Shown: positions 1 to 10,629, counted from the stretch's first letter. The stretch: DNA of 64,000 nucleotides from Candidatus Poribacteria bacterium (GCA_963663765.2 CAXXUA010000004.1:960001-1024000), one strand, 5' to 3'. The notes: generated from the letters alone by a model not told the origin. Translations and numbers: made by a program.

Positions 1-891
1 TTCATCAGCAATGATTTTTACCGTTCCATCAATCAGGTCAACGCCTAATCCTTGTTCCAACGCTTCCTTAACCTGTTCTGCATTAATTTCTGTAGTGCCT
101 TCTTGCGTTTTCTTTTCATCCTCGTCATCCCTTCCATCAAATACGTCTGAAAGTGTATCCTCCAAATCTGAAGCGTTTGCGTAAGTTAATGGGACTATTG
201 CAATCTTTAGTGGAAATCGTTCACCTTCATCAGCAAACTGTAGAATAGAAGCAATTCGACGGATATTGGATGACACATCCGTAATCACCAATGCATTCGT
301 AATCGCATCCGCAAAGATATTAGCTTGACTATTCAACAGCGGTCTCAGCACATTTGCCTGTTCGGTAGCAGAGGCATTTAACAACTGGATGATATACGTC
401 TGAATTTCATCTGTCATTTCAACCAGTTCAGGATTCGCTTCTATAATCTTGACTGGTACATTCATCACTTTCGCTTTTTCAAAGGTTGTGACAAGCAGGG
501 TACTATCCACTCTAACAAATGTAAGGTTATACTGTGCAAGCACGGTTTTCACTTTCTCAATGACTTCATCCAATGTGACGTTGTTCAAGTTAATCAGTGA
601 AAACCTTTTACCTTGAATGTCGTTCTCACTTGCAATAATGGTGAGATCAGTTTCCCGTGACAACCATTCAAACAAGTTCTTCAGTTCCTGACTGGTAAAG
701 TTGAAGTTGAAACGTACGGGTCTACCAGTTTCCTCATCTGTCTCCGCAACTTCCATCGTTCCTTCACCACGTTGCGCATACAGATCCCCCTGAATTAGAA
801 CGAATAATCCGAGGCTAAGCAAAGCAATCATACATAACTTGCTACGGTGTCGTGAAAATGTATTCAAAAAATCAAAAAACCTACTTATCAT
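1..891 (-). CDS. gspD: Secretin (GspD) paralogue 2, N-terminal part; runs off the window edge
   Basis: ATG at 891 after GAGG, open to position 1. It reads ...LYAQRGEGTMEVAETDEETGRPVRFNFNFTSQELKNLFEWLSRETDLTIIASE..., nearly identical to the N-terminus of 947-3949. Confidence 0.85.
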   Translation of the reverse strand, partial: MISRFFDFLNTFSRHRSKLCMIALLSLGLFVLIQGDLYAQRGEGTMEVAETDEETGRPVRFNFNFTSQELKNLFEWLSRETDLTIIASENDIQGKRFSLINLNNVTLDEVIEKVKTVLAQYNLTFVRVDSTLLVTTFEKAKVMNVPVKIIEANPELVEMTDEIQTYIIQLLNASATEQANVLRPLLNSQANIFADAITNALVITDVSSNIRRIASILQFADEGERFPLKIAIVPLTYANASDLEDTLSDVFDGRDDEDEKKTQEGTTEINAEQVKEALEQGLGVDLIDGTVKIIADE

Positions 892-946
892 TAACAATTC
901 CTCGTTTTCGTTCTAAGCTAATAGTAGCCTCAACTATATTATTTAA

Positions 947-3900
947 TTATTTCATGGATTCTTGTAAATTTGATTTCCCATTTCTAAACCATTTCTCATC
1001 AGTTTTCTTCAACTTTTCAAGGTCATCAGGATTCTTAATATCTATTATGTGTGGGGTAATAATAAAGACTATTTCTGTATCTTGGATTTCTGTTTCTGTG
1101 CTTTTGAATAGTCTACCGAGTAATGGTATATCACCAAGTATCGGAACTTTGTTTTCGACCTCTTTCTGTTTTTTTCGAATGATACCACCAACGATGATTT
1201 GTTGTCCATCTTCTACGTCAATATATACACTCAATGAGTTGTCATCCGTAATCGGTGCATTAAAATCGGTAAACTCAATGAAGTTACTAGCACTGATACT
1301 CGTAATATCCAAACCGATAGTACGCTTGCCATCTTCACTAATTTGCGACTTTGCTATAAAGGGTGTAAGTTGTATATTGATACCAACAGGTGGGTCAATA
1401 AAATCATAGTTAAACAATGGTTGTGTAGCAGTATCACCAAGAATGCTGTTTGTATCAACACTTTGCAGGTATGGAATGCGCCGACCACTGCTCCATGTTG
1501 CAGGTCGACTGTCACGCGTCATAATAGTTGGTGTTGAAAGCGTCCTGACCTTATTCTCACGCATGAGCGTATGAAGCAACAACATATATTCTCGGGTCAC
1601 TAAACTATAGTTGAAGCCAGAAATTTCTTGCACAAGACCAAGTTCCGCATTCGCATCACCAATAAGTGGATTCGTTGGACTTAGTTCTATCCCTCCAAGT
1701 TTACGTTCATTCAGAGTCGCTTCTATCCCCAGTTTTGTCGCTTCATCAAGTGTCACTTCAAGAATCTTTATATCAATCCGAACTTGTCCACGCACAAAAT
1801 CCAACTTTTTGATCAATGCTTTTACTTGTTCCATATACCGACGACGGGTCGTTACAACCAAAGAATTGGTATCTGGATCCGCAAAAATTGTAACCTTACC
1901 GAACAACGAATTTATATCTACCGGTTCATCACCAGCGAAAACACTACTAATAAACCGTTCAAAACCGCCACCGCCACCGCCACCTTCTTGCTGTGCATCT
2001 TGCCATACTTGTGCAAGCACTTGTGAAATGGCATCTGCAGTTGCATATTCAAGCCGAATTGTCTCGGTGATCTCTCGCTGCTCATCTGGAGTCGGCACAT
2101 CAATCTGTTTAATAAATTCCTCGATCATATCAAAGTTGCGTTTAGTACCTGTTGACACGATCACTGCATTCAGATTCGCAAAAGGTTCAGCCGCAATATT
2201 CCCTGCTAAAGACCCCTGAGTCTGTGATGTAGAACCTCTACTCCGATCCCACCAATCATCATTCCAACCGCGACGACTACTACTGCTGCTGCTGCTTGCG
2301 TTCCCACCGAAATGTGAATTCAGAAGATTCGCAACATTTTCGGCATCAGCATATTTAAGGTAGATTATTTTTGTTCCCCATTCCTGTTCAGGCATGCTAA
2401 CATCAAGCTTCTTGATCAACTCATCAATCATAGGAAAATTCTGGGAAGCCGTTGAGATTAACAAAGCATTCAGACGAATATCGTACACAATATGTACATC
2501 ACCTTGAACTCCGAAACCGCCACCTGCTGACGCTTCACGGTTACTCTGTTCCCACCAGGGCCTATCACGGTCCGCTCCAGCACTACCACCCTCAAAAAGG
2601 TCCTGTAAATTAGCAGAAAGTGCCTCTGCATTCGCAAACTTCAACAGGTACATCTTGATCTCTTCCTGAGTCTCCGCCTGATCCAGTTCATCGATTATTT
2701 TTTCAATAATCGTAAAATTGCGTGGATCTGATGAAATGACAATAATATTGAGACGATCATTACGAGAGATGTTGACTAGTCCAACAATACCTTGAAAAAT
2801 GTCCTCTGTTATTCCCCGCTCGCGACGCTCTCTAATCAATCTCAGAATATCCTCTCTATCAAAACTCCTACTACCATTTTGGATATTTTCACCAGTGATT
2901 ATCTCTTCAAGCGTCGTTGCAACATCCTCCGCAGACGCAAATTTTAGTCGATACGTCCTTATCTCTGTCTGACTCGTCGGACCAGAATCGAGATGACTAA
3001 CAATCTCTTTTAGGATAATCAGGTTGTCTTCAGTCGCTTTGATGATGAGTGTGTTTGAGTTCTCATCGGCATATACCTTAACCGTACCTTCAATCAGTTC
3101 AACACCTAATCCCTGTTCAATCGCTTCCCTAATCTGTTCAGCATCAATACCTATTAAACCTTCCTGTGTTTTCTTCTCACCATCTTCTTCTTGAAAAACT
3201 TCGGAAAGTGTATCCTCTAATGAAGATGCTTCCGCAAACTTTAATGGAATAATTGCGATTTGTAATGGAAACTGTTCACCTGCATCAGCAAATTGTAGAA
3301 TTGATACGATTCTTCTCACATTTGACGAAATATCAGTGATTACAAGTGCGTTAGTCATCGCATCGGCAAATATGTTGGCTTGACTGTTCAACAAAGGTCT
3401 TAGCATATTCGCTTGTTCAGACGCATCCGTATTTTCTAACTGGATGATATACGTCCGAATCTCATCCGTCATTTCTACCTGTTCCGGCACCGCTTGGATA
3501 ATATTCACCGGAACGTTCATCACCGTAGCTTTTTCAAACGTAGTCACAAGGAGGGTACTATCAATTTTAACAAAGGTTAGGTTATACTGTGCAAGCACTG
3601 TCTTGATTTTTTCAATGACTTCATCAAGTGTTACGTTATTCAGGTTAATCAGAGAAAACCGCTTACCCGATATATCACTTTCACTCGCAATAATCGTTAG
3701 GTCAGTTTCTCGTGACAACCATTCAAACAAGTTTTTCAACTCTTGGCTTGTAAAGTTGAAGTTAAATCTTATGGGCCTGCCAGTTTCTTCATCCGTTTCT
3801 GCAACTTCCATCGTTCCTCCATCACCACGTTGCGCATACAAATCGCTTGGTGACACAGTCAGCAAACAGATGCTGAACAAGATAAATAAGATTAAACTCA

Positions 3901-3949
3901 GTTTTTGTGTCCTCTTCGGACATACTACGTTAACACAGGATAATATCAT
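947..3949 (-). CDS. gspD: Type II secretion secretin GspD, 1000 aa, with about 6 Secretin_N repeats
   Basis: Signal peptide; repeated LKFA/LKYAxAE N-domain motifs; QVRIDIKILEV; secretin signature KVPILGDIPLLGRLFKS. Confidence 0.92.
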   Translation of the reverse strand: MILSCVNVVCPKRTQKLSLILFILFSICLLTVSPSDLYAQRGDGGTMEVAETDEETGRPIRFNFNFTSQELKNLFEWLSRETDLTIIASESDISGKRFSLINLNNVTLDEVIEKIKTVLAQYNLTFVKIDSTLLVTTFEKATVMNVPVNIIQAVPEQVEMTDEIRTYIIQLENTDASEQANMLRPLLNSQANIFADAMTNALVITDISSNVRRIVSILQFADAGEQFPLQIAIIPLKFAEASSLEDTLSEVFQEEDGEKKTQEGLIGIDAEQIREAIEQGLGVELIEGTVKVYADENSNTLIIKATEDNLIILKEIVSHLDSGPTSQTEIRTYRLKFASAEDVATTLEEIITGENIQNGSRSFDREDILRLIRERRERGITEDIFQGIVGLVNISRNDRLNIIVISSDPRNFTIIEKIIDELDQAETQEEIKMYLLKFANAEALSANLQDLFEGGSAGADRDRPWWEQSNREASAGGGFGVQGDVHIVYDIRLNALLISTASQNFPMIDELIKKLDVSMPEQEWGTKIIYLKYADAENVANLLNSHFGGNASSSSSSSRRGWNDDWWDRSRGSTSQTQGSLAGNIAAEPFANLNAVIVSTGTKRNFDMIEEFIKQIDVPTPDEQREITETIRLEYATADAISQVLAQVWQDAQQEGGGGGGGFERFISSVFAGDEPVDINSLFGKVTIFADPDTNSLVVTTRRRYMEQVKALIKKLDFVRGQVRIDIKILEVTLDEATKLGIEATLNERKLGGIELSPTNPLIGDANAELGLVQEISGFNYSLVTREYMLLLHTLMRENKVRTLSTPTIMTRDSRPATWSSGRRIPYLQSVDTNSILGDTATQPLFNYDFIDPPVGINIQLTPFIAKSQISEDGKRTIGLDITSISASNFIEFTDFNAPITDDNSLSVYIDVEDGQQIIVGGIIRKKQKEVENKVPILGDIPLLGRLFKSTETEIQDTEIVFIITPHIIDIKNPDDLEKLKKTDEKWFRNGKSNLQESMK

Positions 3950-5250
3950 TGATAAACCCTCGCAATTAAAAGGACTTCCACAAGTATTTTGTTATCTTTG
4001 CTATCAGCGGACATTTGCAAGTCTCTCACTAATAACCATTTTGATTTCGTTTCAATCAACCGATTCAAGTTAACAACTTTATCTAATTCCGTTGTGAACT
4101 TTATTTTTATCGTGAAACTTTCTGGTGTATATGTTGTTTGTGCCAACTCTAACTTATCGGTAAGTTCCGATACTTGCTTCTGAATCATGCTAAAGTATTC
4201 CAGTAAGCCGGAAACCAAATTCTTCTTGTTCAGCACTTCACTATGGTTGTCAAGTAGATTAGTAAATTTCGCCAATATTTTGCTATCTCGTTGAAAATTA
4301 TACTTAGTTGTTGCTTCTTTTGCACCGATACCAAAAAATCCAGAAGACGGTTCCGTCTGTGTCTTGAAGAATTCGTTTTCAAAAAGAACTTTTTCTGCTC
4401 CAATAATATGTTGCTGTGATAAGGACAAAATAAGATCAATAAGTTCTATCCGAATAGAACCCGGGATTGATTCAGGCAAAGAAACGTAAGTCCATTCTTC
4501 AGGTTTCTGTTCCTTAGATTCCTTCTCCTTTTTATTGTCGTCAGAGTCTTGCGATGCATTCTCTTTGTCCGTATCCTCTTTTTCCTCATCAACAGATGGT
4601 TTCTCGGATTCGTCTTTGTTCTCATCAGGTTTTTCATTATCTTTTTCTTCTTTATCTTCACCTACATCTTCATCTTCATCTTCATCTTCATCTTCATCTT
4701 CTAACCACGCATTCAACAACATATCCATCGTATCATCTTCAATTTCAGATTCATCTTGTGCTTGTGTATCCTGTTTTGCCGATTCTAACTCAGCTTTGAT
4801 AGCATCACGTTCTGCTTCCAAATGTCTCTGATACAAGAACACCACTAAATTCCGTCGAGCTTGCGGAGAAATCTTCTCCGATCTTCGTCCAGGAACAGGT
4901 TCCATATTCATCTGGTAGTTCTGTGGAATTCCCGCCTGTTTGATGATTCCATTGATTTTTTCGCGGATCACCGTTTCAGGAAAATTTTCTGCAAAAATAG
5001 ATGTCGTTTTCCCACCATCAGCAATACCCATCTTCTGGTATAAATCCGATTCTATCGGTTTCAGAATCTTTGAAGCATTCACCAAGTCTTCTGACTTTTG
5101 CAATTCCAACTGTTTAGTCTTTATGTCCGAATTGGCAATCATACCATAGATACCCGGACCCAATTGCGTAACAACGGCTATGATAAGCACAAGCAGAAGC
5201 ACGCCGATTAATAACTTAGATTGTGTTGTGAGTTGCAGATCTAATTTCAC
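3946..5250 (-). CDS. PilO/GspM-like inner-membrane platform protein with a long acidic low-complexity insert
   Basis: Single N-terminal TM helix and coiled coil; C-terminal ferredoxin-like pattern (FTTELDKVVNLNRLIE...LLVRDLQMS); lies between pilMN and gspD. Confidence 0.55.
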   Translation of the reverse strand: MKLDLQLTTQSKLLIGVLLLVLIIAVVTQLGPGIYGMIANSDIKTKQLELQKSEDLVNASKILKPIESDLYQKMGIADGGKTTSIFAENFPETVIREKINGIIKQAGIPQNYQMNMEPVPGRRSEKISPQARRNLVVFLYQRHLEAERDAIKAELESAKQDTQAQDESEIEDDTMDMLLNAWLEDEDEDEDEDEDVGEDKEEKDNEKPDENKDESEKPSVDEEKEDTDKENASQDSDDNKKEKESKEQKPEEWTYVSLPESIPGSIRIELIDLILSLSQQHIIGAEKVLFENEFFKTQTEPSSGFFGIGAKEATTKYNFQRDSKILAKFTNLLDNHSEVLNKKNLVSGLLEYFSMIQKQVSELTDKLELAQTTYTPESFTIKIKFTTELDKVVNLNRLIETKSKWLLVRDLQMSADSKDNKILVEVLLIARVYQ

Positions 5251-5318
5251 TGTATTTTTTCCTTATCTAAATAAACTTATTGATAGATACTCTTAGAAAA
5301 ATAAAACACTATCAACTC

Positions 5319-7046
5319 TTATCTATCCTCTTCATTGTCTTCATTTGAGAATTCTATATTCCGAGGTGGCGGTATGTTCACATCATCCAAATTTGCTTCT
5401 TCATTCTCCGGTTCTGGCATAATAAATTCAATTTCAGGTTTGGGATGGCGTTTTTGAGCAAACTTCTGGATAGATGCATTATCAATTTGGCAACTTATCT
5501 TAACCTCAAATGTCGGTCTACGTTGATCACCCGTCGTTGTCGTCTCACCCGTCTCAATTTTGCTGAACAACTTTGAGTTACGTAGCGAACGATCCATCGC
5601 AATTATAGATTCGTTAGAATTCGCTTGTATATTAAACGTAATACGAGTCTTTGTTAGATCATCTAAATTCTTAACATCAAACGTCTTCCAAGCAACCTTA
5701 GTCCTATCATTAAAAAGCGTACTGAGTGTATGTAAAATATCTATCGGAGAAATCTGATGCGTCAATTTATCCGCAACTATAAGGTCAAGTGCAAGATTCT
5801 TGTTTGCTTGCGTTTGTTCCTGTGTCAAATTGGCTATTCTCCTATCCAACTCATCAACTTTTGAACCTTGAGTTCTACTCCAAGTCAGACTACCAAATAC
5901 AATAAATAGTATAACGATTCCACCAACTGTAGCGGCGAGTACTTGTTGACGTTTGCGACTAAATTCCGCACGTTTTTCACCGACCTCTTTCGGTATCAAA
6001 GAGACAGGTACTTCAGTTTCCAGAAGGTGAATACCGACACCTAAAGGTATCGCTAAACTATTACTATAAGATTCAATGGACGACAATGATGGTGATGTTG
6101 TATCCAATGTACCCGCTAAAAGTGGATTCCAAACCCGGGTGGGGATCTGCAGCTGCTGTTGACACGTCTGTGCTAATTCAGGAACCTCTGCGCCACCTCC
6201 GCATAAACGTATCTCAGAGATTTCCATCGGTCCGCCACCATTCACCTCACGTTCAGCCGCCGCTATAGAACGTACAAGTTCAGCAATGAAACGTCTTGAC
6301 CACGTACGCGTTGGGGGTTGACCAGCAGGAACTTGGCGCTTTTCCAGTTCAGCTGCTTCCTCATCCAACTCCAGCTCCGATTCAAAGAGCTCAGTTAACT
6401 GATCACCATTCACTGAAATTCTACGGGAAAACTGCAACGTATTACCATACATCAGACAGAATTCAGTGTTACCAGCACCAATATCTACAATAATTGTCCG
6501 TTCTGCATTACTTGACAAAGAACTCTGTGCAACTGACGATATCGCATACATAGATGGAATCACCGCTGTAGGTGAAATACCAACTTCTTTCAAAATATCA
6601 ATGTAACGTTCAACTGTTTCGCGTCTTGTTGATACCAATTCTACAGATAATGCATCCGGTGACCTTTGAATATCGTGATAAGTATATATCGCATCTTGAA
6701 CAGGAAATGGCAACTCCGTTTCGGCTGCCATTCCCACCATGGAGGGTAATTGTTCCTCCTGGGTCGCGGAGGGAAGGTTAGATAAACGTTTCGTTACCAC
6801 AAAACCACGAGGAATTGATATGCCAATCTCAATACGATGTTTGTTGAATAGGTTATACTTGATACCCAGTTGATTCCACAACTGTTTCACCGCACCAGCA
6901 ACTTGCTGAGGATCGTCCGGGTCAGGATTAGGTGTTACACCACCATCTATTAAACGTAATACACCTGCAACCTTTTCTATGTACAGTATCTTTATGGACG
7001 CATTACCGATGTCTATTGATATGACCTGATCTTTTGTCATTTGCAA
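5319..7046 (-). CDS. pilM: PilM (actin-like)-PilN fusion / GspL-equivalent
   Basis: ISIDIGNASIKI, IIVDIGAGNT and LCGGGAEVP actin-fold motifs, then a PilN-like 'VSLIP' motif, a TM helix and a periplasmic domain. Confidence 0.8.
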   Translation of the reverse strand: MQMTKDQVISIDIGNASIKILYIEKVAGVLRLIDGGVTPNPDPDDPQQVAGAVKQLWNQLGIKYNLFNKHRIEIGISIPRGFVVTKRLSNLPSATQEEQLPSMVGMAAETELPFPVQDAIYTYHDIQRSPDALSVELVSTRRETVERYIDILKEVGISPTAVIPSMYAISSVAQSSLSSNAERTIIVDIGAGNTEFCLMYGNTLQFSRRISVNGDQLTELFESELELDEEAAELEKRQVPAGQPPTRTWSRRFIAELVRSIAAAEREVNGGGPMEISEIRLCGGGAEVPELAQTCQQQLQIPTRVWNPLLAGTLDTTSPSLSSIESYSNSLAIPLGVGIHLLETEVPVSLIPKEVGEKRAEFSRKRQQVLAATVGGIVILFIVFGSLTWSRTQGSKVDELDRRIANLTQEQTQANKNLALDLIVADKLTHQISPIDILHTLSTLFNDRTKVAWKTFDVKNLDDLTKTRITFNIQANSNESIIAMDRSLRNSKLFSKIETGETTTTGDQRRPTFEVKISCQIDNASIQKFAQKRHPKPEIEFIMPEPENEEANLDDVNIPPPRNIEFSNEDNEEDR

Positions 7047-7079
7047 TTTCCTGTTTAAATTTCTTGTTCAAATCCTTAT

Positions 7080-8609
7080 TTAATCTTGGCGCCAATACGG
7101 AACACTCAACTGAGTATCACTTCGTTCAATTATGCCAAGACAAGTTGCAATCACCTTACCATTAAGATCTATTCCATTGGATTGAATACGGTACCCATTA
7201 GAACGGTAAGTAACCCAATCAATAACTTGACGGAACGTCTGATCGTCAATTTCCTCAATATCCAGTAGTTGTCCAATATCACTGAACGGGTTTCCTGTGA
7301 TAGGTACCTGTAACGAATTTTGCAATTCCTCATTTTCCTCTTCGCGACGTGTAATAATAGCTTGTGCCTTTGTCTGATCCATCCCAGGCAATAACTGAAG
7401 GACTTCCAACGGTGCTGTATTAACGTTAATTAACCCTTCTATCCTTTGATCCGACTTAATGGATATTTTATCAACAATTCCAGCCAGTTCATTTACTGTA
7501 ATAACTTTTACATCTTTTATGGCATCTACGTTTTGAAACTGACCAACAGAATCTCGGTGTGATATAATCCGATCAGCAATCCCTCCATCAATTCCTTGTA
7601 AATCCTCAAGCTCATCATCATCCGCAGTATTTATATTGGTTAATGTAGGTCCTTCTTGATTACGGCCACCGCCAGTATTTTGAACAGTGATCCGATTTCT
7701 GATGCTATTGAATACGTTATCAGATACAGCTTGAGCATCTAACAATGCTGATAGTTGATTGAATGTCCGTTGCTGAATGATAGCGTTGGCTTCACCTTGT
7801 GAAAACACTGTCTGATTATTGTTAGAACGAATTTGACTGATCTGCTGAGCATTTGCTGAGTTTAAATCCACACGTTGTTGTCCATTGGTATCTGTGTTAA
7901 CATCAACTGAATACACCGTCGCTATATTCACTAACCCGCCTATACTCGTTGCTGTGAGAGTTGGGGGTAGAACTTCCTCTGTTTCCTCCATCTCCTCTTC
8001 TACTGCTGCCTGTTGCTGCAAGCCATAGAGAATCTCATAAGTCATCCCTTCAACACGTGAAATATCGCGCACCGTTCTATAAGGTCGACCTTCCACGATA
8101 CGTGTCGCAAGATCACCAGTGGGATTGTTCTCAGGTTCAACACCTAACGCTGTCAACACATTTCGAAGTATCGTCTCATCAACCGTGTTGATATTTATTC
8201 TTGCACCTTCATCCGTGATGGTCACCTGATAGTTTAATATATTACCAACCTGCATCAAATCGTCAATTTGTTGTTCAATTGGTTGAGCCCACGTCTCTCC
8301 AAGCGAGTCAAAATTGGTCTCATCTGTACGCAATTTCGCAAGCGACCATTCAAATCCCGATTTTGCCGCATAGTGATACTTCGTCCTATCAATGAAGTTA
8401 CCTTGTGCTTTGTTTTCAAGATTAAATGAATATAGTATTTGCATCGCCAATACAGAAAGAATCGTCAGAATCCAAAGTGTTGAAATTAATGACAAACCTG
8501 ATGGGTCGCTCATGTCAAACTTACCTGATGACATGACAACTTTTCTTTTGACAAGTTGTTTATTCTGATTGAATAGAAAACTTTTGACGTTTCTCATCTG
8601 TTTTACCAA
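7080..8609 (-). CDS. gspK: Minor pseudopilin GspK with multiple helix-hairpin-helix domains (true start probably near MSSGKF)
   Basis: G|LSLISTLWIL prepilin helix lacking E5 (a GspK trait); DSLGETWA; ITDEGARININT; repeated INTA/VNTA HhH motifs. Confidence 0.85.
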   Translation of the reverse strand: MVKQMRNVKSFLFNQNKQLVKRKVVMSSGKFDMSDPSGLSLISTLWILTILSVLAMQILYSFNLENKAQGNFIDRTKYHYAAKSGFEWSLAKLRTDETNFDSLGETWAQPIEQQIDDLMQVGNILNYQVTITDEGARININTVDETILRNVLTALGVEPENNPTGDLATRIVEGRPYRTVRDISRVEGMTYEILYGLQQQAAVEEEMEETEEVLPPTLTATSIGGLVNIATVYSVDVNTDTNGQQRVDLNSANAQQISQIRSNNNQTVFSQGEANAIIQQRTFNQLSALLDAQAVSDNVFNSIRNRITVQNTGGGRNQEGPTLTNINTADDDELEDLQGIDGGIADRIISHRDSVGQFQNVDAIKDVKVITVNELAGIVDKISIKSDQRIEGLINVNTAPLEVLQLLPGMDQTKAQAIITRREEENEELQNSLQVPITGNPFSDIGQLLDIEEIDDQTFRQVIDWVTYRSNGYRIQSNGIDLNGKVIATCLGIIERSDTQLSVPYWRQD

Positions 8610-8620
8610 AGCTAATTCGA

Positions 8621-9517
8621 CTATTGAGCGTTATTTGTACTCGCAGGTAAATACACCATTGTTGATTGCGTTAACACACCTTGCATTAATCCAGCAGTGT
8701 CATCTACAGTAGATTGGTTCGCTGGAGATGCTTGTCTTTCTTCATCAATAACTGAAACCACCACCTGCACTGCTGTCGGAATAACGTCAGTCTGATCCCA
8801 CGTGTCGTAAACTTGTGCTTCTTCATCAAGATACTTCAAATCAAAATTGACTATCCCATCTATTAACACATCAGGTTTATAGTAAATCTCTATTCCATTT
8901 TCATCAACCGTTGGAATTGATCCAGAATGCATTGATTCTATAACAAGTTCTGGATTAAGCCCTGTTGTTACAATACGATATAGCGCGAGTTCTTCATTTT
9001 CCGCAGATGGTGTTTGTCCAGGTTGTTGTGCCCCTGTAGCAGGAGGCGGAACACCAACACCGCTTTGCAGCATCTCTATCGGCACTTTCGGACCGACATA
9101 GTAAGCAACACGTCTAACATCACTCCACGGGGGTGTGTTTGTCACCCTCCCTTCCTTCAATGCGTCCAACTGTGCTGTAAACACATCAATATCTGTCTTA
9201 ACTAAGGTTACAATACTGAGTATGTCTCGGTCACCCGACATCGTTGGAACATCTTCCGAGTAAAGTGTCAACAACTCATCTGAAGTGTCTGCCTGCATCT
9301 GACTCAAATCGGTACTAATCGTGTCCAGAGCAACACGACAACGTTGTGCTTGAAGCACTTTAGATTGACTCTTTTGGTAGGAATTTATCGCTGAGTTAAA
9401 TACTGCGTAAGTGGAACCACCCATAATTACTATTATACTCACCGCGGTTATCATCTCAACAAGTGTTAGACCGCTTTCACTTTGCAAAAATAGTTTTCTC
9501 ATAATATTAGTGACCAC
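8621..9517 (-). CDS. gspJ: Minor pseudopilin GspJ-like
   Basis: ESG|LTLVEM prepilin motif; C-terminal WD...IPTAVQVVV typical of GspJ; operon position. Confidence 0.75.
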   Translation of the reverse strand: MVTNIMRKLFLQSESGLTLVEMITAVSIIVIMGGSTYAVFNSAINSYQKSQSKVLQAQRCRVALDTISTDLSQMQADTSDELLTLYSEDVPTMSGDRDILSIVTLVKTDIDVFTAQLDALKEGRVTNTPPWSDVRRVAYYVGPKVPIEMLQSGVGVPPPATGAQQPGQTPSAENEELALYRIVTTGLNPELVIESMHSGSIPTVDENGIEIYYKPDVLIDGIVNFDLKYLDEEAQVYDTWDQTDVIPTAVQVVVSVIDEERQASPANQSTVDDTAGLMQGVLTQSTMVYLPASTNNAQ

Positions 9518-9545
9518 TTCTATTTAGTTCATTGTAAGATTAATT

Positions 9546-9956
9546 CTATTGTCCTTGACCCTGTTGCATTTCACGATCCGCTATATATGTCATCATACTA
9601 ATTGACCGCGGTTTTCCCAAATGTTCCCAAAGCACCGTCAACTCAATCATCCGTAATCCCTCTATTTCATCCGATTCTAATTCTGTTACTGACGACTGCC
9701 ATTGGAATAGCGAATTCTCACCAAATTCACCACCATATTGACCGGGTTCCGGATAACCTTCCATCTCAATTTGTGCCATCTGATATTTAAGCAAGTAGAG
9801 TGCTGTTACGCGATTATCTGATAGTGCAACATTCCGTGAGGTATCACTAAAAACCTTCAACAATGCAGGAAAAATCGCTGCCATAACCGCTATAGTAACA
9901 AGGATTTCAGCAAGTGTAAAACCCTCTTCACTTGAGGAAATATTTCGCCGCTTCAT
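9546..9956 (-). CDS. gspI: Minor pseudopilin GspI-like
   Basis: EEG|FTLAEI prepilin motif; 136 aa; lies between H and J. Confidence 0.75.
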   Translation of the reverse strand: MKRRNISSSEEGFTLAEILVTIAVMAAIFPALLKVFSDTSRNVALSDNRVTALYLLKYQMAQIEMEGYPEPGQYGGEFGENSLFQWQSSVTELESDEIEGLRMIELTVLWEHLGKPRSISMMTYIADREMQQGQGQ

Positions 9957-9957
9957 C

Positions 9958-10599
9958 TTACAAGTTGTTCCCTAAACCTAAGGTTTGAATCTCATCTGAC
10001 GATAACTTTTGAATACTGTTACGACCTGTTGATGCTTCAACATTAACCGCAATAAAGTGTTCCCTTACGTTCTGTAAATACACAACAGTATTCACTGAGG
10101 TCGCTGTCGGTGTGAAATATACGTAATCCACACCAGTCGATAAATTTTGTATAACGCCGTTATTCGTTGTAGAAAATGCCGTGATGGTTATGCCATCGTT
10201 CAGGGGTTTAGCAATACCCATGACTCCACCTGTGCGTGATACCGTAGGTTGACCTCCTTGTGTGGTTGTTGCTGCCGCAACCCTTCCCGCAGATGCAATC
10301 GGATTCTGCGCATCAAATGTTTCACTGGATGCCAACCAATACCTATTATTGCCAATATCAAAAACAACCAAATACGTAGTCCGTTCAGTAATTGCCATGT
10401 CACGTGCATAAGAAAAAGTATCAGCAATGGATTGTGCAGATGATTTTAACCGACGAGACGCAGCAAAACCACGCATCGCTGGCATGGAGATAGTTGACAA
10501 TACCGCAATAATTGACAAGACTATCATGATCTCCATTAGACTGAAACCATGTTCCGTACTTTTTCCAAAAGGCACTCGCATATACCTTAACATACACAT
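9958..10599 (-). CDS. gspH: Minor pseudopilin GspH/FimT-like
   Basis: HG|FSLMEIMIVL motif; LKSSAQSIADTFSYARDMAI GspH/FimT helix. Confidence 0.8.
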   Translation of the reverse strand: MCMLRYMRVPFGKSTEHGFSLMEIMIVLSIIAVLSTISMPAMRGFAASRRLKSSAQSIADTFSYARDMAITERTTYLVVFDIGNNRYWLASSETFDAQNPIASAGRVAAATTTQGGQPTVSRTGGVMGIAKPLNDGITITAFSTTNNGVIQNLSTGVDYVYFTPTATSVNTVVYLQNVREHFIAVNVEASTGRNSIQKLSSDEIQTLGLGNNL

Positions 10600-10629
10600 A
10601 CCCTCAACAGTAACATATATCTCAATAAA

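Noticed and set aside
852-4073. Long plus-strand ORFs (185-209 aa) opposite gspD, and similar antisense ORFs elsewhere
   Set aside because: They are shadow frames of well-supported genes, Ser/Ile-rich and without motifs.
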